Source of the DNA: Candidatus Nomurabacteria bacterium
GTDB lineage: Bacteria; Patescibacteriota; Minisyncoccia; Phycocordibacterales; UBA9973
Assembly (NCBI GenBank): GCA_026395895.1
Contig: JAPLXV010000003.1
Span: 1-56,600, forward strand
Direction of reading: 5' to 3'
Length of the DNA: 56,600 bases
The notes beneath the pieces were generated by a model that was not told the DNA's origin, did not search any database, and saw only the letters and a program-made list of their open reading frames with translations. The translations under genes were made by a program, and so were the position numbers. Of this stretch, positions 27,777 to 38,964 are shown piece after piece; position 1 is the first letter of the stretch, and every line of letters begins with the position of its first letter.

Positions 27777-30700
27777 CAAACAGAAAAACGTCCAAAGAAG
27801 TATTTTGCCAGATACAAGGATCCATTAATAGAATTTCCTAATTTAATAGAAGCTCAAACTAAATCTTACAAGTGGCTTGTGGAAGAGGGTTTGAAGGAAG
27901 TTTTTAAGGAATTTTCTCCAATCATCGATTACTCTGGAAAAAAGTTTGAACTTGAGTTCACCTCTTTTTCTTTGGGTGAGCCTAATTGCGATGAGAATGA
28001 TGCGAAAATAAATAAACTCTCATATCAAGGGCTTTTGAAGACGCGAGTAAAATTAAAAAATAAAATTTTAGGAACCGAAAAAGAGCAAGAAATTTTTATG
28101 TCTGAAATTCCACTTATGACTGCACACGGAACTTTTATTATCAATGGAGTAGAGCGTGTGATTGTGCCACAGCTTGCAAGAAGTTTTGGAGTCTTTTTTA
28201 CTGAATCTGAAAATAAAGGCAAAAGATATTTTGGGGCAAAAATTATTCCAGCTCGTGGAGTTTGGATTGAAATAGAATCAGAATCTGATGGGGCAATTTA
28301 TATAAGAATAGACAAAAAAAGAAAATTTCCTGCTACCGCTTTGCTTCGAGTAATGGGATATGAAACGAATGAGATGATGCTCAAAGCATTTTCCGCCAAA
28401 GGCGGACAAGCCTCTGGCTTGGAAAACATATGCAAAGAAGCCATTGAAGCTTGTTTGGCAAAAGATGTAGCCAAAACATTAAATGATGCATATATTGAAA
28501 TATATAAACGCTTAAGAGACGGAGACATGGCTACTCCCGAGAATGCTAAAGAATTTATTAATTCTTTATTTACCCCTGAAAGATATGATCTTTCTCCAGT
28601 TGGACGATACCGATTTAATAAACGTTTTGAAAAATCTCTGGAAGAAGACGAACTTGCTCGCCGAACTATTTCTAAAGAAGATTTAATGACTGTCATTGCA
28701 AATATTATTGTTTTAAACAATACTCCTGGAGCTAAATCCGACGATATTGATCACTTGGGCCAAAGACGTGTTCGATTTGTTGGAGAAATGCTTCAGCAAA
28801 AAGTGCGTACTGGTATGATGCAAATAAAGAGAAACATTCAAGACAGAATGTCTATTATTGATGTTGATACTGCCATGCCCATCCATATTATCAATCAACG
28901 TCCACTCCAAGCTCGCATTAAAGAATTTTTTACTACCAACCAACTTTCGCAATTTATGTCGCAGGAAAATGTGCTGGCAGAGATAGAACACATTCGTTTG
29001 CTTTCTGCCCTTGGTCCTGGGGGACTTACTCGTGAACGCGCAGGTCTAGAAGTTCGAGACGTGCACCCTTCTCACTATGGACGTGTTTGTCCTATTCATA
29101 CTCCAGAAGGTCCAAACATTGGACTTATTTTACATCTTTCTACTTATGCAAAAATAAATGATTTTGGAATTATTGAAACTCCATATATAAAAGTTAAAAA
29201 TGGAAAAATCACCGGAGAAGTTCAATATTTAAATGCACTGGAAGAAGAAAAATACAATATTGCCCATGCTGGAATTCTTTATGATGAGCATGGAAAAATA
29301 ACAGAAGAAAAAGTAGCAGCCAGAATAAAAACTAATCCAGGAATGATAAATCGCGATCAAGTTGATTTTATTGATGTGGCTGCTAATCAGGGTTTTTCTC
29401 TAGCAACTTCTATGATTCCATTTTTGGAACATAATGACGCTAACCGTTCGCTCATGGGAAGTAACATGCAAAAACAAGCAGTGCCTTGTGTTCTTCCTGA
29501 AGCACCATTGGTGGCCACCGGAATTGAAGCGATGGCTTCTCGCTACTCTGGTAGAATGGTTATTGCTTTAGAAGATGGGGTTGTTTCTTATTTAGATGCA
29601 AAGAAAATAGTAGTCAAAGGAAAATCAGAAAAAACTTATACGCTCGTTAATTTTTTGAGGAATAATAACTTTTCTGCCTTTCATCAACGTCCTTCGGTAG
29701 ATGTTGGCCAAAAAATAAAAAAAGGAGACGTTTTAGCTGATACAACCAGCACAGTAGATGGACAAATTTCAGTTGGACAAAATATCTTTGTGGCTTTCTT
29801 GTCTTGGTCTGGATCAAACTATGAAGATGCTATAGTTATTTCTGAACGTCTTATAAAAAAGAGTAAATTTACCAGTGTTTATGTTGAAGAGTTCGTTTGC
29901 ACAGTTCGTGATACGAAACTTGGACCTGAAATTACTACTCGAGATATTCCAAACGTTGGAGAATTAAAACTAAAAGATTTGGATGAGGATGGTATCGTTC
30001 GTATTGGAGCTGAAGTGAGAGAGAATGATATTTTAATAGGTAAAATTACTCCCAAAGGTGAAACAGAACTTACTCCAGAAGAAAGATTACTTCGTTCAAT
30101 TTTTGCCGAAAAAGCACGTGATGTGAAAGATACATCACTTCGCATGGAACACGGCAAACGTGGACGTATTATTGGTGTTAAAATTTTCTCTCGCGATTTA
30201 GGTCATACACTTGAAGCAGGAATTATTAAAAAGATTGTGATTGAAGTTGCTCAAATTAGAAATATTTCAGTCGGGGATAAACTTTCTGGACGACACGGAA
30301 ACAAAGGAGTTATTTCAAGAATTCTTTCAGAAGAAGATATGCCTTATACAGCAGATGGTACACCAGTTGATATTGTTCTTTCACCTTTAGGTGTTCCTTC
30401 TCGTATGAATCTAGGACAAGTTTTAGAAATGCATCTTGGTATGGCAGCCAATACTCTAGGATATCAAGCCATCGTTCCTCCATTTTTAGGAGCCAGTCAT
30501 GAAGAAATAAAAGAGGAATTAAAGAAAGCTGGATTTCCTGAAAATGGTAAATTAAAACTTTTTGACGGACGCACAGGAGAAGCTTTTGATCAAGATATTG
30601 CTGTTGGTTATATGTATATGTTGAAGCTTCATCATATGGTAGAAGATAAAATTCATATGCGTTCTATTGGACCTTACTCTCTTATTACTCAACAGCCATT

Positions 30701-30968
30701 AGGCGGTAAAGCTCAAGGTGGAGGACAAAGATTCGGAGAAATGGAAGTATGGGCCTTGGAAGGATATGGCGCAGCTTATACTTTACGAGAAATGCTTACT
30801 ATCAAGTCTGATGACATTTTAGGTCGTTCCCAGACTTTTGATTCTATTATCAAAAACGAAGTCATTAAACCGCCAAATTCTCCAGCATCATTCAATGTGT
30901 TGCTAAATTATTTACGAGGGCTTGCGCTTGATGTTAACTTGAAAAAATACAATGAAAACTTTAAATAA
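27774..30968 (+). CDS. rpoB: RNA polymerase beta subunit
   Basis: INGVERV, RDVHPSHYGR, GDKLSGRHGNKG, GQRFGEMEVWALE. Confidence 0.99.
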   Translation: MQTEKRPKKYFARYKDPLIEFPNLIEAQTKSYKWLVEEGLKEVFKEFSPIIDYSGKKFELEFTSFSLGEPNCDENDAKINKLSYQGLLKTRVKLKNKILGTEKEQEIFMSEIPLMTAHGTFIINGVERVIVPQLARSFGVFFTESENKGKRYFGAKIIPARGVWIEIESESDGAIYIRIDKKRKFPATALLRVMGYETNEMMLKAFSAKGGQASGLENICKEAIEACLAKDVAKTLNDAYIEIYKRLRDGDMATPENAKEFINSLFTPERYDLSPVGRYRFNKRFEKSLEEDELARRTISKEDLMTVIANIIVLNNTPGAKSDDIDHLGQRRVRFVGEMLQQKVRTGMMQIKRNIQDRMSIIDVDTAMPIHIINQRPLQARIKEFFTTNQLSQFMSQENVLAEIEHIRLLSALGPGGLTRERAGLEVRDVHPSHYGRVCPIHTPEGPNIGLILHLSTYAKINDFGIIETPYIKVKNGKITGEVQYLNALEEEKYNIAHAGILYDEHGKITEEKVAARIKTNPGMINRDQVDFIDVAANQGFSLATSMIPFLEHNDANRSLMGSNMQKQAVPCVLPEAPLVATGIEAMASRYSGRMVIALEDGVVSYLDAKKIVVKGKSEKTYTLVNFLRNNNFSAFHQRPSVDVGQKIKKGDVLADTTSTVDGQISVGQNIFVAFLSWSGSNYEDAIVISERLIKKSKFTSVYVEEFVCTVRDTKLGPEITTRDIPNVGELKLKDLDEDGIVRIGAEVRENDILIGKITPKGETELTPEERLLRSIFAEKARDVKDTSLRMEHGKRGRIIGVKIFSRDLGHTLEAGIIKKIVIEVAQIRNISVGDKLSGRHGNKGVISRILSEEDMPYTADGTPVDIVLSPLGVPSRMNLGQVLEMHLGMAANTLGYQAIVPPFLGASHEEIKEELKKAGFPENGKLKLFDGRTGEAFDQDIAVGYMYMLKLHHMVEDKIHMRSIGPYSLITQQPLGGKAQGGGQRFGEMEVWALEGYGAAYTLREMLTIKSDDILGRSQTFDSIIKNEVIKPPNSPASFNVLLNYLRGLALDVNLKKYNENFK
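28392..28418. repeat. TCCGCC/GGCGGA element in frame in rpoB
   Basis: tccgccaaaggcggacaagcctctggc encoding SAKGGQASG; resembles 51245-51274. Confidence 0.7.
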
Positions 30969-33900
30969 AACTGATTTTGATTATATTTCGCTCAAGCTCG
31001 CATCACCTGAGCAAATAAAAGACTGGTCTTACGGAGAAGTAACCAAACCGGAGACTATCAATTATCGTACCGGCCGATCTGAGCGCGGGGGTCTTTTTGA
31101 CGAAAAAATATTTGGACCGGAAAAAGATTATGAATGTTATTGTGGAAAATATCGCCGAATTCGTTATAAAGATATTATCTGTGAAAAATGTGGAGTGGAA
31201 GTAACTCGTTCTATTGTTAGACGAGAAAGAATGGGACACATTGAATTGGCAACACCTGTTGCTCATATTTGGTTTTTGCGTGGAGTCCCTTCTCGCATGA
31301 GTATTCTTTTAAATATTTCTGTTTCGGATCTTGAAAAAGTAATATATTTTGCTGGATATATCATTACTAAAGTTCATGAAGATGAAAAAGAAAAAATAAC
31401 TAGTAATTTAGAAAAAGAATATAAAACTAAGTTAAAAAATGCAGCTGATGATGACACTCGTGAAAAATTAAAAAATTTATTTTCTAATACCAAAAAAGAA
31501 ATTTTAGAAATTTATGAAGGGAAAGTTTTAAATGAAATTTCTTTTCATCATTATTCGTTGAAATATGGTATTTGTTTTGAAGCAAACATTGGAGCTGAAG
31601 CGATTTATTCTATTTTCAAAAACCTTGACTTGAATAAATTAAAAATTCATACCGAAAAAATGCTTGAAAAAACAAGCGTAATTGAAAAAGAAAAATTACA
31701 AAAAAGACTTTCACTTATTCGGGCAATGACCTACGCTGGCATCAGACCTGAGTGGATGTTTTTGACTGTTATTCCAGTTATTCCTCCAGTTTTACGTCCA
31801 ATGGTTGCCTTAGATGGAGGACGCCATGCTACTTCAGATTTAAATGATTTATACAGACGAGTTATAAACAGAAATAACCGCTTGAAGAAATTAAAGGAAA
31901 TTAATGCGCCAGATGTGATTTTAAGAAATGAAAAAAGAATCATTCAAGAAGCCGTAGATGCGTTAATTGATAACTCAATCGCCAAGCAAAACGACAGTGC
32001 GGCTATGAGTCAATCTCAAAAGCGTCCGTTAAAATCTCTATCAGATAACTTAAAATCAAAACAAGGTTTATTCCGCCAGAATTTGCTCGGTAAGCGTGTA
32101 GACTATTCAGGTCGCTCAGTGATTGTGGTTGGTCCGGAACTAAAATTAAATCAATGTGGTCTACCAAAACATATGGCATTGGAACTTTTCAGGCCATTTG
32201 TTATTTCAAAAATTCTACAAGCTGAATTAGCCTTTAATATTCGTGGAGCAAACAAATTAATAGAAGAACGCACACCAGAAGTTTGGGCAATGCTCGAAGA
32301 AGTAATTCAAGGAAAATATGTTCTTTTAAACCGCGCGCCTACGCTTCATCGATTAGGCATTCAAGCTTTCAATCCAATTTTGATTGAAGGAAATGCTATT
32401 CAAGTACATCCACTCGTTTGTGCCGCTTTCAATGCAGACTTCGACGGAGACCAAATGGCAGTTTATGTTCCTCTTTTAGAAGAAGCTCAGTGGGAAGCCA
32501 GAGAATTAATGGCTGCAAACAAAAACTTACTTAAACCCCAAAACGGAGAGCCAATAGTGCATCCAAGCCGAGACATTGTGCTTGGAGCTTATTGGATGAC
32601 CAAATCTGTTGATGGTGAAAAAGGAGAAGGTAAATATTTCTCAAGCCCGAACACGGCTATAACTGCTTACGGATATGGTGTTGTTTCTCTAAGAGCTAAA
32701 ATAAAAGTTTTATCCACAAACAGTCATAAATACAGTAAATTTGGCGGAGAAATTTTTGAAACGTCTGTAGGGAAACTTCTTTTCAACAGTATCTTACCTG
32801 AAGATTTTTCTTATGTCAGCGATGAAATGGGTGTGAAAAGATTATCGTCTTTGGTGGATGAATTGATTGTGCATTATGGAGTGGATGAAACTCCTCCTAT
32901 TTTGGACAAAATCAAGAATTTTGGTTTTCATTACTCAACTATTTCTGGTACGACTTGGGGGCTGGAAAATATAAAGGTACCAAAAGAAAAGGCAAAAATA
33001 ATTGAAGAGGGAAGAAAACAGGAAGAAAAAATAATTTCTGAGTGGAGTGAAGGTCTTCTTTCAGAAGAAGAAAGATATCAGAAAGTTATTGAAATCTGGA
33101 CATACGCTAAAAAAGAATTAGAAAAAATATTGCCACAATCTTTGGACAAAAATGGTTCGGCTTTTGATTTGCTTACTTCCGGAGCTAGAGGTTCAATGGG
33201 ACAGCTGGTTCAGATGACTGGAATGAAAGGACTTATTCAAAATAACCAAGGAAGAACATTAGAGTTTCCAATTATTCCAAGTTATCTTGAAGGGCTTTCT
33301 CCAATAGAATATTTCGTTACCACTCACGGTGCTCGTAAAGGTGCTTCAGATACTGCTCTAAATACCGCTAAAGCTGGATATTTGACTCGTAGATTAGTTG
33401 ACGTGGCGCAGGATGTGGTTATCACTGAAGAAGATTGTGGTACCAAAGAGGGTAAAATAGTAACAAGGGAAAACATTTCTGGAATTGAAATTCCACTTTC
33501 AAAAAATATTCGTGGACGTGTTTTGGCTGGTGATCTTAAAGATAAAAATGGAAAAGTAGTTTACAAAAAAGGATTTTTAGTCACTAAAGAAGAAGCTTAT
33601 AACATTGAGGGAGCAGGTTTTGAAGAAGTCTTTGTTCGTTCTCCTCTCACTTGTCGCACTACTCATGGTCTCTGTCAGATGTGTTATGGATTAGACCTTG
33701 GACGAAATCATCTTGTTGATTTGGGTGAAGCAGTCGGTATTGTTGCTGCTCAAGCCATAGGAGAACCGGGTACTCAGCTCACCCTTCGAACATTCCATTC
33801 TGGAGGGGTTGCAGGAACGGACATAACCACAGGCTTGCCTCGTGTTGAAGAAATTTTTGAAAGACGCATTCCTAAAAATCCAGCTATAGTTTCTGAAACC

Positions 33901-34584
33901 GATGGAGAAGTCTTTGAAATAAAAGATAAAGATGGAAAAGAAAAAATACTTAAAGTACTTTCTGATATACCGGATGGTAAAGTAAGTTCAAAAGCTGGAA
34001 CTAAATCAAATGAAATGGAATACACTATACCATTTCGTCGAACGCCAATAGTAAAAGTAGGTCAAAAGGTAAAGAAAGGTGAGTTGTTAACTGATGGGTC
34101 AGCTGATATTGCTGAAATATTTAAATTCGGAAGCAAGGAATTTGTGGAAGAATATATAATTCGAGAAATAAATAAAGTTTATGAATTGCAAAGCGCTTCC
34201 ATTTCCAGAAAACATACGGAAATAATAATTCGTCAAATGTTTTCACGTAGAAAAATAAAAGATGCCGGCGAAACCAATTTTTCTGTTGGTGACATTGTAG
34301 AAAATACAGCTTTTATTGAAGAAAATAATAGAGTAGTTAAAGCAAAATTACAGGAAGCCAAAGCAGAAACAATCGTACTTGGTATTACGGAAGTTTCTCT
34401 TCGTACTAAGAGTTGGTTGTCTGCGGCATCATTCCAAAATACCAACCGTGTTCTCATCGAAAATGCAGTTAAAGGCGGAGTTGATTCTCTCAGAGGTTTA
34501 AAAGAAAATGTTATCATCGGGCGATTAATTCCAGCTGGGACTGGATTTAAAAGTAAGGTAATTTCTCCCGAGGAGGAGGAATAA
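30952..34584 (+). CDS. rpoC: RNA polymerase beta' subunit
   Basis: KPETINYRT, NADFDGDQMA, GEPGTQLT. Confidence 0.99.
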   Translation: MKTLNKTDFDYISLKLASPEQIKDWSYGEVTKPETINYRTGRSERGGLFDEKIFGPEKDYECYCGKYRRIRYKDIICEKCGVEVTRSIVRRERMGHIELATPVAHIWFLRGVPSRMSILLNISVSDLEKVIYFAGYIITKVHEDEKEKITSNLEKEYKTKLKNAADDDTREKLKNLFSNTKKEILEIYEGKVLNEISFHHYSLKYGICFEANIGAEAIYSIFKNLDLNKLKIHTEKMLEKTSVIEKEKLQKRLSLIRAMTYAGIRPEWMFLTVIPVIPPVLRPMVALDGGRHATSDLNDLYRRVINRNNRLKKLKEINAPDVILRNEKRIIQEAVDALIDNSIAKQNDSAAMSQSQKRPLKSLSDNLKSKQGLFRQNLLGKRVDYSGRSVIVVGPELKLNQCGLPKHMALELFRPFVISKILQAELAFNIRGANKLIEERTPEVWAMLEEVIQGKYVLLNRAPTLHRLGIQAFNPILIEGNAIQVHPLVCAAFNADFDGDQMAVYVPLLEEAQWEARELMAANKNLLKPQNGEPIVHPSRDIVLGAYWMTKSVDGEKGEGKYFSSPNTAITAYGYGVVSLRAKIKVLSTNSHKYSKFGGEIFETSVGKLLFNSILPEDFSYVSDEMGVKRLSSLVDELIVHYGVDETPPILDKIKNFGFHYSTISGTTWGLENIKVPKEKAKIIEEGRKQEEKIISEWSEGLLSEEERYQKVIEIWTYAKKELEKILPQSLDKNGSAFDLLTSGARGSMGQLVQMTGMKGLIQNNQGRTLEFPIIPSYLEGLSPIEYFVTTHGARKGASDTALNTAKAGYLTRRLVDVAQDVVITEEDCGTKEGKIVTRENISGIEIPLSKNIRGRVLAGDLKDKNGKVVYKKGFLVTKEEAYNIEGAGFEEVFVRSPLTCRTTHGLCQMCYGLDLGRNHLVDLGEAVGIVAAQAIGEPGTQLTLRTFHSGGVAGTDITTGLPRVEEIFERRIPKNPAIVSETDGEVFEIKDKDGKEKILKVLSDIPDGKVSSKAGTKSNEMEYTIPFRRTPIVKVGQKVKKGELLTDGSADIAEIFKFGSKEFVEEYIIREINKVYELQSASISRKHTEIIIRQMFSRRKIKDAGETNFSVGDIVENTAFIEENNRVVKAKLQEAKAETIVLGITEVSLRTKSWLSAASFQNTNRVLIENAVKGGVDSLRGLKENVIIGRLIPAGTGFKSKVISPEEEE

Positions 34585-34664
34585 AAACAAAACTCCCTTG
34601 TGGGAGTTTCTCGGAGGCCGAAGCCATTGTAACTAAAGTATATTAAACACAGAAAATATGTCAA
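34584..34664 (-). ncRNA. Second copy of the pemK-type small RNA unit
   Basis: Minus strand TTGACA-16-TATACT, then TACAATGGCTTCGGCCTCCGAG and AAACTCCC-ACAA-GGGAGTTT-TGTTTT. Confidence 0.55.
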
Positions 34665-35167
34665 ACAAGCAGAAAAATAACTATGCTTTTATAGACAGTC
34701 AGAATCTTAATTTAAGCATTCGTAGTTTGGGTTGGAACTTAAATTTTAGGCATTTTCGTGTATATCTAAAAGATAAATATAATGTCTCAAAAGCTTTTCT
34801 TTTTATTGGTTATGTAGAGGGGAATAATGACCTTTATAAATCTCTTCAAGAAGCTGGTTTTATTTGTATCTTCAAACCTACACTAAAATATAAAGACGGG
34901 ACAACAAAAGGAAATTGTGATGCAGAATTAGTTTTACAAACCATGGTTGAATATCTTAATTACGAGAAAGCTGTTATTGTTACGGGTGATGGTGATTTTT
35001 ATTGTTTAGTAAAGTATTTAATTGAACAAAAAAAGCTACAGGCAATTATTGTTCCTAATCGTTTAAAATTTTCAGCTTTGCTTAAATTTAAAATTTGTCG
35101 TTCATATTTACGTTTTTTGAACGATTTACAGAGAAAATTAGAGTATAAAAAAGAAAAGACCCCATAA
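34658..35167 (+). CDS. NYN-domain (PIN-like) RNase
   Basis: AFIDSQNL, KGNCDAELV, VTGDGDF. Confidence 0.9.
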   Translation: MSNKQKNNYAFIDSQNLNLSIRSLGWNLNFRHFRVYLKDKYNVSKAFLFIGYVEGNNDLYKSLQEAGFICIFKPTLKYKDGTTKGNCDAELVLQTMVEYLNYEKAVIVTGDGDFYCLVKYLIEQKKLQAIIVPNRLKFSALLKFKICRSYLRFLNDLQRKLEYKKEKTP

Positions 35168-35241
35168 GGACAAAACCTTAAGGGGTGGTCTCTTCTGTTG
35201 GTGATATACTAGTATAATAGCAAATCGTAAACAAATGTCAA
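35147..35241 (-). ncRNA. Predicted convergent small RNA unit at the NYN gene 3' end
   Basis: Minus strand TTGACA-16-TATTAT (extended TG), long hairpin over the stop codon, then TTTTCTTTTTT. Confidence 0.45.
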
Positions 35242-35516
35242 GCTTTAAAAATATACAGAAATTATTTAAGAAATTAAGAGAAAAAACTATTTTAGGATGG
35301 ATAATCATTATTCTTCTTGGAATTATAATTCTTGGTACTTGGCCTATCTTAGTTTTTGTTTATGGAATTTATATTTTGTATTCCAATAAGATAGAAGACT
35401 CAAAAAAAATTGAGATATTAAAAGAATGTATTGGTTTAATATTATTATTGATAACCCTCGGAGTTATTTTTTGTCTTTCCAATCTTATTTTTGGTTCAAA
35501 TCCCATCAACTATTAA
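35235..35516 (+). CDS. Hypothetical membrane protein
   Basis: 93 aa with 2-3 hydrophobic segments. Confidence 0.5.
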   Translation: MSSFKNIQKLFKKLREKTILGWIIIILLGIIILGTWPILVFVYGIYILYSNKIEDSKKIEILKECIGLILLLITLGVIFCLSNLIFGSNPINY

Positions 35517-35532
35517 TAATAAATCTATTTAT

Positions 35533-37323
35533 ATGAATTCACCAGTCGAACAAATTAAGGAGAGGCTTTCGATTGAAGAGATAGTCTCTTCCTACATAAA
35601 ACTAGAAAAAGCGGGCGCAAACTTTAAAGCCAAGTGTCCTTTTCACAATGAAAAGACACCTTCCTTTTTTGTCTCTCCAGACCGTGGCAGTTATTATTGT
35701 TTTGGTTGTGGAGCTAAGGGTGATATTTTCACTTTTATAGAAGAATTTGAAGGGCTTGATTTTAAGGGTGCATTAAAAATCTTGGCCGAACGTGCAGGAG
35801 TTTCGCTTGCGCAATACAGTAGAGAAAAAGAAGGAGAAAAGGAAAAATTATACAGAGCGATGGAAGAATCAACCAAATTTTTTGAAAAAAATTTAGAAGA
35901 GAACAAAAAAGCGCTAGAATATCTGAAGGCAAGAGGGTTAGAAGATAAAACTATTAAAGATTTTAGAATTGGATTTGTAAAAAATGATTGGCGTTTGCTT
36001 TACACTTATCTTAGAGATAAAAATTTTACAGATATAGAAATAGAAAAAGCTGGATTAATTAAATACCCCCACCCGGCCTCCCCCGAAGGAGGAGGAGGAG
36101 AATTACCCTCTCCTTTGGGGAGGGTTGGGAGGGGTTATGATAGATTTCGTGGGCGAATTATGTTTCCGATTTCAGATTCGAGTGGTCGCATCATCGCTTT
36201 TTCCGGCAGAATTTTTGAGGATGACCCTTCGACAAGCTCAGGGCAGGCGGTTAATCAGGCCAAATATTTAAACAGTCCAGATACCCCAATTTTCAGCAAA
36301 TCAGCCGTTTTATATGGATTAGACAAAGCTAAAGAATCAATCCGCAAAAATAATTTTTCTATTCTAGTTGAAGGACAAATGGATCTAGTTTTGTCTCACC
36401 AAGCAGGGTTTAGAAATACTGTAGCCACTTCTGGGACAGCTCTTTCAGATTCTACAGTTTCCAAAGAAAATGTTGTATCAAATTTAGGGCTATTACGTCG
36501 TCTTTCTGGGAATATTGTTTTGGCTTTTGATGCAGATCGCGCAGGATTTAATGCCTCTTCACGCGCAGGTAAAATTGCTCTTTCTTTTGGGATGGATGTA
36601 AAAGTAGTTTCTATGCCAGAGGGTATTGACCCAGCCGATTTAATTTCTAAAAGCGGAACGGACGCCTGGCGTACGGCTATTCGTAATTCAAAACATATCA
36701 TAGAGTTTTTATTGGATAAAGTTTTGGCTAGTCATAAAGATGATATGCGCAAAGCTGGGAGAGAAATAAGAGAAAAAGTATTGCCTTATGTTGATGCTGT
36801 TGAAAGTTCAATCGAGAAATCACATTTTATTAAGCTTATTAGTAATAAATCGGGGATAGCTGAAAATGCACTTCTAGAAGATTTAAAGAAAGTTCAATCC
36901 GAATTAAAGTCTGAAACGGAAGAAACAAAAATTGCTACAGAAAATGTGGAGAAAAGAATGAGAAAAGACCCGATTGAACGTAGACTTTTAGGTATAGCTT
37001 TTTGGCAAGAAAGTATTCAAAAGAAAACAATAGATCCAGAATTAATCTTTCAAAAATTAGATAAAGTGAAAGAAATTTATAAAAATATAAAAGAAGACTT
37101 AATTTATGAAGCGGAAGAATTTTATTTGGATAACGAAAATTTACAAAAAGATGTAAAGGAAATGCTATTGAATATAGAAGAAGAATATTTGAATGAAGAT
37201 TTGAATGAAAAAATGGTAGAATTAAAAGATTTTAAAGATAGAAAAGAAGAAGTAGAAATTTTAAAAAAGATAGACGAGATACATAAAAGAAAAGAAAAAA
37301 TTAAAAATAGAAGCGGTCGTTAA
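35533..37323 (+). CDS. dnaG: DNA primase
   Basis: [47 protein letters not shown] at 35533 preferred. Confidence 0.97.
   Translation: MNSPVEQIKERLSIEEIVSSYIKLEKAGANFKAKCPFHNEKTPSFFVSPDRGSYYCFGCGAKGDIFTFIEEFEGLDFKGALKILAERAGVSLAQYSREKEGEKEKLYRAMEESTKFFEKNLEENKKALEYLKARGLEDKTIKDFRIGFVKNDWRLLYTYLRDKNFTDIEIEKAGLIKYPHPASPEGGGGELPSPLGRVGRGYDRFRGRIMFPISDSSGRIIAFSGRIFEDDPSTSSGQAVNQAKYLNSPDTPIFSKSAVLYGLDKAKESIRKNNFSILVEGQMDLVLSHQAGFRNTVATSGTALSDSTVSKENVVSNLGLLRRLSGNIVLAFDADRAGFNASSRAGKIALSFGMDVKVVSMPEGIDPADLISKSGTDAWRTAIRNSKHIIEFLLDKVLASHKDDMRKAGREIREKVLPYVDAVESSIEKSHFIKLISNKSGIAENALLEDLKKVQSELKSETEETKIATENVEKRMRKDPIERRLLGIAFWQESIQKKTIDPELIFQKLDKVKEIYKNIKEDLIYEAEEFYLDNENLQKDVKEMLLNIEEEYLNEDLNEKMVELKDFKDRKEEVEILKKIDEIHKRKEKIKNRSGR
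36065..36135. repeat. Palindromic element in frame in dnaG
   Basis: ACCCC...GGGGT with internal hairpins; encodes [23 protein letters not shown]. Confidence 0.8.
36223..36245. repeat. CCCTTCGA-CTCAGGGC element in frame in dnaG
   Basis: gacccttcgacaagctcagggca; related copy at 51584-51607. Confidence 0.7.
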
Positions 37324-37334
37324 ATAAAAAACAC

Positions 37335-38540
37335 ATGAAAAAAAAAAACAAAAAAAAGAAAATAAGAAAAGCTAAGAAAAAAATTATAAAAAAATTAGCT
37401 CCAAAAAGAAAAAAAGTCAAAAAAGCTAAAAAAACCTTGAAAACTAAGGTTAAAAAACTAACGACAGCAGAGAAAAAAGCCGAAGGATTTGCTAAACTCT
37501 CAAATATCCTTATAGAAAAAGGACGAAAAAGGGGATTTGTGACTTATGACGAAATATTAAAAACATTTCCTGATATTGAAAACAATATTTTCTTTTTGGA
37601 TGAACTTTATGAAAAATTCGCAGTAGCTGGGATAGATGTATTAGAAGGTGGAAATTTACTCAATCTTGATAATGATATTACTGACAAAGATTTAAACAAA
37701 TCTACCATTCATGATTCTATTCAAATGTATTTGAAGGAAATAGGGCAATATTCACTTATTCATGCAGTGGACGAAAAAGATCTCGCTAAACGAATAGAGC
37801 TAGGAGATCCAGAGGCAAAAAATTTATTAGCTAGAGCCAATTTGCGTTTGGTAGTTTCCATTGCTAAAAAATATGTAGGTAGAAGTGCTAATTTAAGTCT
37901 CTTGGATTTAATTCAGGAGGGGAATTTAGGATTGTTTAAGGCGGTTGAAAAATTTGATTGGACTAAGGGATATAAATTTTCTACTTATGCGACTTGGTGG
38001 ATTCGCCAATCTATTACTCGTGCTTTAGCTGATCAGAGTCGCACCATTCGCATACCAGTGCATATGGTAGAAACTATTTCAAAATACAAACAAACTTATC
38101 GTAGACTTAGTCAGGATTTAGGCCGAGAACCTTTAGCCGAAGAAATAGCTACAGAAATGGGTATTCCGGTTGAAAAAATTCATGTGATTGAAAATATCAG
38201 TCAAGAAACTATTTCTCTAGAACAACCAGTAGGGGATGATGATGATAAATCAACTCTAGAAAACTTTATTCCAGATGATAAAATTTTGCGTCCAGATCAA
38301 GAATCTTCCAGGCGCATTTTGTCTGACCAGATTCGTGAAGTTTTAAATGAACTCAATCCAAAGGAATGTAAAATTCTAGAAATGCGTTATGGGTTAGTAG
38401 ATGGTATTCAACATACTCTTGAGAGAGTAGGAGAAGAGTTTGGTGTCACTCGTGAACGTATCCGCCAGATTGAAGCTAAAGTGCACGAAAAACTCCGCCA
38501 GCATGAAAAAATCGCTCGTCTTAAAAACTATTTTGATTAG
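37335..38540 (+). CDS. rpoD: Primary sigma factor with a Lys-rich N-terminal tail
   Basis: [35 protein letters not shown]; downstream of dnaG. Confidence 0.96.
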   Translation: MKKKNKKKKIRKAKKKIIKKLAPKRKKVKKAKKTLKTKVKKLTTAEKKAEGFAKLSNILIEKGRKRGFVTYDEILKTFPDIENNIFFLDELYEKFAVAGIDVLEGGNLLNLDNDITDKDLNKSTIHDSIQMYLKEIGQYSLIHAVDEKDLAKRIELGDPEAKNLLARANLRLVVSIAKKYVGRSANLSLLDLIQEGNLGLFKAVEKFDWTKGYKFSTYATWWIRQSITRALADQSRTIRIPVHMVETISKYKQTYRRLSQDLGREPLAEEIATEMGIPVEKIHVIENISQETISLEQPVGDDDDKSTLENFIPDDKILRPDQESSRRILSDQIREVLNELNPKECKILEMRYGLVDGIQHTLERVGEEFGVTRERIRQIEAKVHEKLRQHEKIARLKNYFD

Positions 38541-38616
38541 ATAACTTGCTTTTTAAAATATGGTATAATCATAGTATTATTAAAGGTCATTTATAAATTA
38601 ATTTAACAAAATATTT

Positions 38617-38916
38617 ATGTGTAAAAATTGTTGTAAAGGGGGTTGCACTATGTCTATGATTGCTAAGATTTTAGTAATTGTAGGAGGAGTAAATTGGGGT
38701 CTAATAGGCTTAGGTATGCTTCTAGGTACAGTAGGGGGCTGGAATGTTCTCAATATGATTTTTGGTTCTGTGCCAGTACTTGAGGGAATAATTTATGTGC
38801 TTGTAGGTATTTCAGCTGTGATGATGATTTTTGGTTGTAAATGTGGTAAATGTATGAGTGGTGTTTGTGCTTCTTGTGCAGATCCAGACACAAACAAGGT
38901 AGGAGGAAGTATGTAA
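38617..38916 (+). CDS. DUF378 family membrane protein with Cys-rich ends
   Basis: LVIVGGVNWGLIG...IYVLVGISA. Confidence 0.75.
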   Translation: MCKNCCKGGCTMSMIAKILVIVGGVNWGLIGLGMLLGTVGGWNVLNMIFGSVPVLEGIIYVLVGISAVMMIFGCKCGKCMSGVCASCADPDTNKVGGSM

Positions 38917-38964
38917 AGTAAGATTGCTTTTTCTTCTCAAAATGTTATATTACTGATATAGGAT

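Noticed and set aside
33960..34010. Short extra segment in RpoC (DIPDGKVSSKAGTKSNE)
   Set aside because: No convincing palindrome or match to the repeat families
37335..37470. Poly-A/Lys-rich rpoD start as a phase-variable tract
   Set aside because: Frame is intact and the run reflects a basic low-complexity tail; no sign of slippage
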